Below, piece after piece: positions 8,611 to 16,319 of a stretch of 64,000 bases of DNA. This DNA comes from Nitrosopumilaceae archaeon (GTDB taxonomy: Archaea > Thermoproteota > Nitrososphaeria > Nitrososphaerales > Nitrosopumilaceae): NCBI GenBank assembly GCA_965207375.1, contig OZ242274.1:1-64000 (forward strand), written 5' to 3'. Under the pieces are notes generated by a model. The model searched no databases. It saw only the letters and a program-made list of their open reading frames with translations, and was not told where the DNA came from. The position numbers and the translations under genes were made by a program. Every line of letters begins with the position of its first letter. Positions within the stretch are counted from its first letter, which is position 1.

Positions 8611-10628
8611 ATTCCGTCGTTTTCGTCATATTTTGTAATCTGCTCTTTGCGGCGTTTTAATACTGCAAAGATTCCAATTATTGCTGCAATCCAAAATGCA
8701 CTAAATAATATATTTGACACACTAACATACATGTAGGGTGTGGCATCCATAATATTTTCTCGAATTTCTGATGCCTGATTGTCAATGTTGAGCATGGCAG
8801 TGTGATACGAGGAGCTATCCATTGGAACTGCGGCAATTTGTTCTGTATAATCAAGCATAAAGCTTAGCTCCTGCTGCATTCGGTTAAAGTCAGTAGAGGA
8901 GGTCTGAAACATCCAGACAGGATTGCCCTCTAAAGGAAGATTTTCTTTGGCCTGTACTATGTGTTTGGCTATACTATCAGTGTCAGAAGAGCCCACAATT
9001 GCAGCCATGTTGCCGCGGGCCAAATCTAGCGGATAGACGTCTGTTGCGTATCCTTGCATGGCCATGTATCCACCAAATCCTATAATGGTGATAATTCCAA
9101 TCATTGCAAGCTTGTACGAAACATTGGCCATTTTTTGTGATCTAGTTAAAACAATATTGTCTTGGGATTTATTTCTTTTAAATTTGGAATGAGACAGGCT
9201 AAGATACGATATGTAAAAAAAGCCCAAAGTCTGGAGGCCAATTATTGGGGCAAAGACAGGATTGCTGGAAAATATAGATATCAATATTCCTAAAATTCCG
9301 TAGACGCCAAAGAATATCTCCAAAAGGGTGGTTTTTGTAAACGGCAGATTGTATGCCTTGTCCTTCCAGCCGTCGTCGTTTTTTATGATTCCATATTTTG
9401 GAGTTCTCAAAAATTCATTTTTTTTGCCAAAAATTGCATCAAAGACTGCAACGGTATTATTAACAGACATTCCCGCATTGTATACAAGCAGGGACGGCAG
9501 GATTTTGGCTTTTGACTTCCAAGATGCGGCATACATTTTTTGCATTATCAACAAGTATGCGCCCGGACCCATTGCAAGATATGCAGCTATGGTCAGAGCA
9601 GGCAGAAAGGAAATCACATACAGATTCACATCAGAGGCTAGCAGAATTGGAAGCGCCAGAAATTGTACAAGCATCAAAGGATACACAATGTGGCGGGTCA
9701 GTTGAATGAACGCCTGAAATTTGGCCTCTAGTGCAACCTTGCGTTTTACTGCAATGTCTGCCAAAAGCTTGATTGCACACTGGATGGAACCTTTTGCCCA
9801 GCGAAACTGTTGGCGTTTTGCTGCATTCATTTGTACGGGCAGCTCTGCATCAACTACAATATCAGGCAAAAACAAACATTTCCATCCCTTCATCTGGGCG
9901 CGATAGCTAAGATCCAAATCCTCTACAAGGGTTGCAGTGTGCCACCCACCTGCGTCCTCTATACATTGGCGGCGCCAGATGCCTGCAGTACCGTTGAAAT
10001 TCATAAAAAGATGAGAGTTGCTTTTGGCCTTTTGCTCGATTAGAAAATGAAAGTCCAGACTCAATGCCTGTGCCCTAGTTATGGTAGAATAATTCTCGTT
10101 AACATGGCCCCACCTGCATTGGACCAGACCTATTTTTGATTTGGTAAAGTGTGGCATGGCCCGCTGCAAGAACCACGTTGGAGGTATGAAATCTGCATCA
10201 AAAATTGCAACAAAGTCAGTATCGGTAGTTTTCATTGCGTGCTTGAGTGCTCCTGCCTTGTAGCCGGTTCTAGTGCCGCGCCTCACATGTTCGATGGAAA
10301 ACCCTTGCGCTTTATGACTGGCTACCGTGTCGCGCATTAATTCGACTGTTTCATCATCAGAGTCATCTAAAACCATGATGCGCATTTTGTCCTTTGGATA
10401 ATCCATTGCGCATACTGCATCAACTAGTCTTGCTGCAACATATTTTTCGTTGTATATTGGAAGCTGGATTGTAATTGAGGGTTCGTCTAGTTCTACTGTC
10501 GGATTTGTGCTTTTGTTCCGAGATGCAAGAAATGTAAGATAGTAGAAATTACACGTATACAGGGTGATAAGCACTGCTGCGATTAGAAAAACATCCAAAA
10601 CCAGACTAGTGAATGGATTCATTGCCAT
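8607..10628 (-). CDS. GT2 processive glycosyltransferase (cellulose-synthase-like)
   Basis: QLPIYNE, DDSDD, YKAGAL, FDADF, VEDLDLS and QQFRW (QxxRW) motifs plus TM helices. Confidence 0.92.
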   Translation of the reverse strand: MAMNPFTSLVLDVFLIAAVLITLYTCNFYYLTFLASRNKSTNPTVELDEPSITIQLPIYNEKYVAARLVDAVCAMDYPKDKMRIMVLDDSDDETVELMRDTVASHKAQGFSIEHVRRGTRTGYKAGALKHAMKTTDTDFVAIFDADFIPPTWFLQRAMPHFTKSKIGLVQCRWGHVNENYSTITRAQALSLDFHFLIEQKAKSNSHLFMNFNGTAGIWRRQCIEDAGGWHTATLVEDLDLSYRAQMKGWKCLFLPDIVVDAELPVQMNAAKRQQFRWAKGSIQCAIKLLADIAVKRKVALEAKFQAFIQLTRHIVYPLMLVQFLALPILLASDVNLYVISFLPALTIAAYLAMGPGAYLLIMQKMYAASWKSKAKILPSLLVYNAGMSVNNTVAVFDAIFGKKNEFLRTPKYGIIKNDDGWKDKAYNLPFTKTTLLEIFFGVYGILGILISIFSSNPVFAPIIGLQTLGFFYISYLSLSHSKFKRNKSQDNIVLTRSQKMANVSYKLAMIGIITIIGFGGYMAMQGYATDVYPLDLARGNMAAIVGSSDTDSIAKHIVQAKENLPLEGNPVWMFQTSSTDFNRMQQELSFMLDYTEQIAAVPMDSSSYHTAMLNIDNQASEIRENIMDATPYMYVSVSNILFSAFWIAAIIGIFAVLKRRKEQITKYDENDGI

Positions 10629-10677
10629 CCTAGCATTTGGAAATGAGTTTGGCTATTTAAGTTGAAAAGGAGAACCG

Positions 10678-11631
10678 TTACTTTTGTTCAAAGATCTTTA
10701 TTGCCTTTGGAGGACATACGCCCTCGCAGGCAAGACAGAATATGCAGTCAGGCTCTTTTGACATGAGCGGTTTTCTCTCAGAGCTTGGGCTGCCCGGAGT
10801 ATCAAACCATTCATAGACTCCCACAGGACACGCTTCAAGGCATGCGCCGTCTGCTACACATATATCGTAATCAACTGATACAAATTCTCCCCATACGCCC
10901 ATTATTCCATTGTTGGCTCCCTTTCTGCCCCAAGTTTTGATGGTATATCCGCCCTCTGCTGCAAAGGATACAGATGGCTTTAGTTTTGATTTGTATTCAA
11001 CGTCGATTGGTCCTGGTTTTGCACCATCTGGAATTTCAATTACCTCGTCGTCGTCCTCGATTATTTCTTCCTCCTCTGGCACACCAAGTTGCGGTTTTGC
11101 ACCTGTGACGATTTTTGCTAGAGGTGTCATCTCGTCTAATTTGTTTAGAGCCGCCACTTCTGGTAGCTTTTCGGTTTTAATCAAGTATTCTACCATCTTG
11201 TCCTGTAAGATTGTATTTCGAAGTAATGTGTCAATGATCATTTTGGCAAAGTGATCTGCCTTTTTTCTATAATCTTTGACCCATTGCGGGTCGCCAAACT
11301 TTTCAATTGGGAAAATTTGATAGATGATATCGACTACCTCACCTGTTACAACCTCTACGGTAACACTCAAGTCTACCTCTTGGTATCCCTTCTCGTCAGG
11401 ATTCTCTGTGTTGCGTTCCTTCCAAGTATATGTTGCAAAAACCCTGTCAGCATATGCATCCATTTCAAAGGTTTTCTTTAGGCCGGTGACAATTGAGCCA
11501 ATTTCTTTTGGATCCTCTAGTTGAATTGGTAGCCTGTACAGTCCTAACTTGTAACCGTGCAGTGGATAAACTCCGCGCTTTGCTGTCGGAGATTCCATTG
11601 AGTATACTCGATCTTTTAGTAAAAGTGACAT
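10678..11631 (-). CDS. Ferredoxin-domain protein with C-terminal Fe-S clusters and a large N-terminal extension
   Basis: CVADGACLEACP and CIFCLACEGVCP motifs. Confidence 0.88.
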   Translation of the reverse strand: MSLLLKDRVYSMESPTAKRGVYPLHGYKLGLYRLPIQLEDPKEIGSIVTGLKKTFEMDAYADRVFATYTWKERNTENPDEKGYQEVDLSVTVEVVTGEVVDIIYQIFPIEKFGDPQWVKDYRKKADHFAKMIIDTLLRNTILQDKMVEYLIKTEKLPEVAALNKLDEMTPLAKIVTGAKPQLGVPEEEEIIEDDDEVIEIPDGAKPGPIDVEYKSKLKPSVSFAAEGGYTIKTWGRKGANNGIMGVWGEFVSVDYDICVADGACLEACPVGVYEWFDTPGSPSSERKPLMSKEPDCIFCLACEGVCPPKAIKIFEQK

Positions 11632-11721
11632 TTACTGTAAATACGTAGAGTTTCTTTAAAAATCTTGTCAATAGTAAATTTTGATGGTTTTAGTTTACCA
11701 ATCCATCCCATCCGATAAAAC

Positions 11722-11854
11722 ATGAAAAAATTGCCAGAGAAATCCCAAATATTATAAAAGAAAATACAGATTAGAGATAATTCTGGAGTGTTTTTCAGAA
11801 AATACACCAGATGTTGAAAAACTATCCAAGATTCTTGGTAATATGCTTGACTAG
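11722..11854 (+). pseudogene. Relic of the 5' end of a type III R-M Mod (methyltransferase) gene
   Basis: Across frameshifts reads MKKLPEKS..NIIKENTD..IILECFSENTPDVEKLSKILGNMLD, similar to Mod N-termini. Confidence 0.45.
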
Positions 11855-11889
11855 GCTGATAAAAAATACACATTTTCTGGGGACCTGCA

Positions 11890-11981
11890 GATGCGATACA
11901 TTCTGGAAAATGCTTCTTCAAAATGGATATTTTGGCACCTAGGATATCAACTGATTGTACATTGACTTTTTTGTCTTTCAT
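11890..11981 (-). pseudogene. Second relic of the 5' end of a type III R-M Mod gene
   Basis: MKDKKVNVQSVDILGAKISILKKHFPECI resembles the Mod N-terminal ..S.D.....I..LK..FPEC motif; similarity is lost after about 30 codons. Confidence 0.5.
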
Positions 11982-12080
11982 GGCACACTTTTATAAATCA
12001 AATATGAATATTCGTATTTTCAAGTAAAATAAGAATTTTCATGACTATACATTTCATCCTGAAAATCAGCATTATCAAAT

Positions 12081-12226
12081 ATGCCAAAAATAATGAGTTC
12101 AAGGTATCAATACGATACCAAGTGACATTGCCAGAGGATGTCAGAAATCATCTAAAACTAAAACCACACCAAACAATAGGATTCATAGAAGATGACGGGA
12201 AGATCCAAATTGTTACAGATTTTTGA
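12081..12226 (+). pseudogene. AbrB/MazE/SpoVT-family DNA-binding protein, apparently frameshifted near the 5' end
   Basis: ATG CCA AAA ATA ATG AGT (MPKIMS) is out of frame with KVSIRYQVTLPEDVRNHLKLKPHQTIGFIEDDGKIQIVTDF. Confidence 0.6.
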
Positions 12227-12506
12227 ATCAAATGATAGATTCGTCATATCCCCCCGCAAAAAGATTGATGCCAGATCTATCATTTTACATCATATTTTCA
12301 ACATACCCATCTAGACAAGATTAACAGGAATTGTTCACGTTGTGTCTAATTTTTCAATCATGATATCACCCTTTAGGCATCTATGTTAACCACCCCGGCG
12401 CGTACCTTGATGTATCCCTATTGCGTTTCCGTTCCGTGCCTAATTATTTAGTATATCATTTATAGCTAACGCTAGCAAGCTTAATACCGGATTTGACATG
12501 TACAAA

Positions 12507-13598
12507 TCATTTCTGACGTGCCTTTTCCAATTTAGCAAGCTTGCGCTGATACAATCTTGTATTGTGTGACGAATATGGTGTTTTTGTGTTCAGAATGTGC
12601 CATGATATTGTTATCATCTTGTTTGCAACTGCAACAACTGCAAGTGCATGCTTGTCTGCATGTCGCCTTTTTGCAGATTCGTATATTGATTTCATCCTAG
12701 GGTCATGCATTACTGCTACATTTGCTGCCTCGCACATGGCCCAATTCACTATACTGTTGGTGTCTAGTTTCTTCATCCTTCCAAGATATTTTTGATCTCC
12801 TGACTGGTGTATGGTAGGACACAGACCTGCCCATGCAACAAGTTTCTTTGGATTATCAAATCTTGAAATGTCTGCAATTTCGACTGCTAGCAACAATGAA
12901 GTATATGTTCCCATCCCTGTCATGCTTGTCAATAGTTTGGCATACTCGTTGTTTGCTGCCTCTTGTTCTATGTAATTATCCATTTTGGTCAACTCTTCGG
13001 TCAGATGTCTGATCTGTCGGACATATTGCTGCAGAATTATTTCATCATGTATTTCATCAAGAGATACAGACTCTAGATACTGCATTGTCTTTACTGCATA
13101 TACTTGTACTGTATCAATTGAGATATCATGTCTGTCTAAAAGACTGCGTACTCTGTTTATCACTCGTGTCCTATCATGTACTATCTTGATATGCTGTCGT
13201 ATCATTGCACGTATTCCTCGTATGTCCGGTTTTGGTACATAACATTCTGGAATCATATCCATTCGTAATACCTGTGCTATCTTTTGTGCATCCACCTTGT
13301 CTGTCTTTTTGCCAGTCTTGGCAATTATGGCCATCTTGTACGTATTTGCAAGCTTGATTGGTATACCTGCTGCCTCAAATTTAGCATAGGTGATATTCCA
13401 CATGTTGCCTGTAGTTTCACATGCAGCACTGCATGTTTTTTTGTTTCCTGTGTATTTTCGTGCCATGGTTTGTGCAAACTTTTTAGCATCTGCTACCGTG
13501 TTCATATACTGACAGGTCTCAAGTACTCGTCCTGTACCGTTTATGACGCATACGTCACACTTTTTCTTTCCAATGTCTATTCCAATGTATGTTTTCAT
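12507..13598 (-). CDS. IS110-family transposase (bridge recombinase type)
   Basis: RuvC-like DEDD residues in GIDIGK, ACETTG and KTDKVDA; C-terminal AGLCP...QSG; GGAGGTG Shine-Dalgarno upstream. Confidence 0.96.
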   Translation of the reverse strand: MKTYIGIDIGKKKCDVCVINGTGRVLETCQYMNTVADAKKFAQTMARKYTGNKKTCSAACETTGNMWNITYAKFEAAGIPIKLANTYKMAIIAKTGKKTDKVDAQKIAQVLRMDMIPECYVPKPDIRGIRAMIRQHIKIVHDRTRVINRVRSLLDRHDISIDTVQVYAVKTMQYLESVSLDEIHDEIILQQYVRQIRHLTEELTKMDNYIEQEAANNEYAKLLTSMTGMGTYTSLLLAVEIADISRFDNPKKLVAWAGLCPTIHQSGDQKYLGRMKKLDTNSIVNWAMCEAANVAVMHDPRMKSIYESAKRRHADKHALAVVAVANKMITISWHILNTKTPYSSHNTRLYQRKLAKLEKARQK

Positions 13599-13624
13599 CC
13601 TTTCTTTTCACCTCCTTGCGGATG

Positions 13625-13775
13625 TTTTGACGGATCGGAAGCTGCACACATCTATCAGGGCGCATAGCCCAATTACACAGCAGCTCGGATTGCCCCATTC
13701 ACAAAAAAGGGCGCATAGCCCACACCTAATCAGGGGTCGATCCATCACTAGTACAGCGTCGGGGTGGTTATCATG
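13625..13775 (-). ncRNA. Putative IS110 bridge RNA
   Basis: Outer stem 13629-13637/13738-13746 encloses two stem-internal-loop-hairpin arms, each capped by GGGC-UAUGC-GCCC; loop segments match the element's flanks and ends. Boundaries are approximate. Confidence 0.75.
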
Positions 13776-14098
13776 TGTTCACAAATCTACTCTTACGTGA
13801 AAAGGGCAAGTAACATATCTATTGTGATTTTTTTGTTTTAGATGTTATGTCTTTTTAAAAAAAGTACAAGGCATTTTCAAGAAGATCATAAAAATATATT
13901 TTGTTGTCTGCTTTGGTTGAAAATGATTCACTCACATGCAGATATTTGGATTGAATCAAAATAATATCATGTGGTTTAGGTGTTACATGATTCTTATCCG
14001 TTTACCAACCAAAGTTTGTAGAAAAATATGCTATTAAATTTGTCTATTAAAAAAAAATTTAATCAAAGATTATAACAAAAATAATTTTATGTCTAGTA

Positions 14099-15232
14099 AT
14101 GATTAGAAGAAAGAAATTACTATTGTCGTTTTGTGTAACAGCAGTCATTATTACTTTGACTGTGATTACACAAGGTGATATTGCACAAGGTGATACTACA
14201 ATTACCAGACATGTCACATACGATGAAGTCCACAATGCACAGATTAAAATTCTTGATCTGAGAGTTCAACAGAACAAAATTGAAACCGGTGTATTTGGAG
14301 CAATGGAGACTGCAGAGATAAATAGGCAGATTGCAGAGCTCATGCCGATTCTAGACAAATATCAGGAACAGTTACATGCAAAATACTACATAGAGCCTAC
14401 AAGATTAGCCTATCTTGAGCAGGTAGAAGAGGATCTCAGAAATGAGATTTCCAAAATGGGTTTTGATGGTTGGGGCGTAAATCTAAATGCACTGACTAAA
14501 ATCATGGAAATACATACAAATAATGCATCAAAAAACACCCAGATTGAGGCATTGATTGCAAAGTATCCTGACGTGCCTATGAACCTTACCAACGGTGAGG
14601 TCATATTAATTGATCATGCATGTGCCACGCAAATCAACGATTGTAACCCCATTGTGGGCGGAATTGAAATTGAGGGAAACTGTACACTTGGGATGCCAAT
14701 TAGAAATGGCACATGGCCATGGCATACGTATGGTTTTATCACTGCAGGTCACTGCATAAACGATTCGCAGGACATGAACCAACCAAACGAGCATTCGCCT
14801 GAGATAGGTGATCGTACAGATAGTCGATATACAGGTAACTGTGACTGTGCATGGTCTACCAAGACGACTAACACCCCATCTAGCTCTTCCATCTGGAGAT
14901 CGCCTAACAACTATCTAACAGTATATAATGAAGCAACTGATCGACCTGAAAAGGGAGACATGATAGTTTTGTCGGGTAAGACAAGTGGCTTCAAGTTTGG
15001 CCACATAGTTAATGGTAACTTCAAAATGCAGGCAGGTGGAATAGATTGGGATCTGATCAGCCACGACATTAAGGCAAAAGGCGGAGATAGTGGTGCACCC
15101 ATAGGTGATGCGGATGCATCTCACATCATAGGAATCCACAAGGGAACAATCACCAAAAAAGATGGTAGTGTTCACTATGTGGCAACTGCATGGGAAGAAA
15201 TCGACAAGAACTTTTCAGTGAACCTTCACTGA
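14099..15232 (+). CDS. Secreted S1-family (alpha-lytic/streptogrisin-like) serine protease with pro-region
   Basis: Signal peptide; CTLG, FITAGHC (His), CDCAW (Asp), GGDSGAP (Ser). Confidence 0.88.
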   Translation: MIRRKKLLLSFCVTAVIITLTVITQGDIAQGDTTITRHVTYDEVHNAQIKILDLRVQQNKIETGVFGAMETAEINRQIAELMPILDKYQEQLHAKYYIEPTRLAYLEQVEEDLRNEISKMGFDGWGVNLNALTKIMEIHTNNASKNTQIEALIAKYPDVPMNLTNGEVILIDHACATQINDCNPIVGGIEIEGNCTLGMPIRNGTWPWHTYGFITAGHCINDSQDMNQPNEHSPEIGDRTDSRYTGNCDCAWSTKTTNTPSSSSIWRSPNNYLTVYNEATDRPEKGDMIVLSGKTSGFKFGHIVNGNFKMQAGGIDWDLISHDIKAKGGDSGAPIGDADASHIIGIHKGTITKKDGSVHYVATAWEEIDKNFSVNLH

Positions 15233-15313
15233 TAACTTTTCTTTTTTTATCATACATTTGGTGTACAGATAAAGGCAATCCATAATTATTTTTTTCATAG
15301 GTTCTATTGCCAT

Positions 15314-15982
15314 TCAAATAGACTTTTTCCTGAATATCTGGACAAGTGTTACATTCAAACCTATCCCTGCTGCAACAACTAAAGCTGAGATCGCAGTAGA
15401 TATCAACAAGGTCTCTACATTAACCGAACTTGGGAGGAAAAATTCAAAAATCTGTTCTATTCCATAACCATCTGCTGTCCCATGAGACATAGAATCTTCA
15501 CTTTGATCTATTAGCATATTCTCTGAGTCAGTAGGTTGTACAGGCATATTGTCCCTTGTTGTCAATATCCACGACAACAGACCTGCAGTCCCTATGGCAG
15601 AAAATCGCATAATGTGTCGCAGTGAATTGGAAAGGGATTTGCTCGTCCTTGCCTTTTTGGATGCCTGATCCGGTAGAATCAGAATGCCTGTTTTATCTGC
15701 CCTGTAACATTTCATGGGCTGATTTTTGCTGTTCAATCGAGTTTTGACAATATTTACAATGCCTGCCTTTGACATTTTATTGAGATGGTGTATTGTCAGT
15801 GGTAGAGACAAGTGCATCTTCTCGGCAATTTCGCTTGCAGTCATTTCCTCCTTGCTTATCAGACGTAAAATATCCATGCTAGAATCACTGTTCAAAATTC
15901 TTCCCAAGTATTTTATCCTCTTATCAGCAGTGGAAAAAATCTGTACTTTGTCTTCGTTATCATCATTGGGTGACTCTATCAA
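15314..15982 (-). CDS. ArsR-like winged-HTH regulator with C-terminal membrane segments
   Basis: MTASEIAEKMHLSLPLTIHHLNKM..AGIV HTH, followed by hydrophobic stretches FSAIGTAGLLSWIL and LLISTAISALVVAAGIGLNVTLV. Confidence 0.85.
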   Translation of the reverse strand: MIESPNDDNEDKVQIFSTADKRIKYLGRILNSDSSMDILRLISKEEMTASEIAEKMHLSLPLTIHHLNKMSKAGIVNIVKTRLNSKNQPMKCYRADKTGILILPDQASKKARTSKSLSNSLRHIMRFSAIGTAGLLSWILTTRDNMPVQPTDSENMLIDQSEDSMSHGTADGYGIEQIFEFFLPSSVNVETLLISTAISALVVAAGIGLNVTLVQIFRKKSI

Positions 15983-16319
15983 TTAATAGTAAAATTATAA
16001 ATCATATTAAAAAGATTTACAGAATCTGATGCAGGGTAGATAATTTCAACAACTCATCCCTTATGACAGTCACCGTCCTATCCAACATAGTAAAAAATTA
16101 TTTACTAGATTTGGCAGATGGCAATAAAAAATAAGCATGCCATATGGGATTATCACTTCTTATATAACCAAAAATTGCACGAGGTGTACCAATGTACAAA
16201 ACTATACCAATACATGTTTGGAGTAAAATATTGCCTGTTCTGATATTTGCACAAAATAGAGTTGACGACTATCCCGTTACATACATTGGACCAGAAAATA
16301 AAACAGGAGAAAAAAGAGT

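Larger units (their letters stand above)
12380..13780 (-). mobile_element. IS110-family element, apparently intact, with a TC core at both junctions
   Basis: Intact transposase; long imperfect sub-terminal inverted repeats at 12383-12405 and 13751-13774; TC dinucleotide at 12380-12381 and 13779-13780. Confidence 0.85.

Noticed and set aside
11616-11981. 121-aa ORF as a real gene
   Set aside because: Only the first 30 or so codons look protein-like; the rest is read-through antisense to another relic.
12230-12285. 11-bp inverted repeat after the AbrB-like gene
   Set aside because: AT-rich with a large loop; not enough support for a terminator or ncRNA call.
13657-13722. Mini-CRISPR or protein-binding direct repeat (15 bp, 2 copies)
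   Set aside because: Too short; better explained as the twin hairpin caps of the IS110 RNA.
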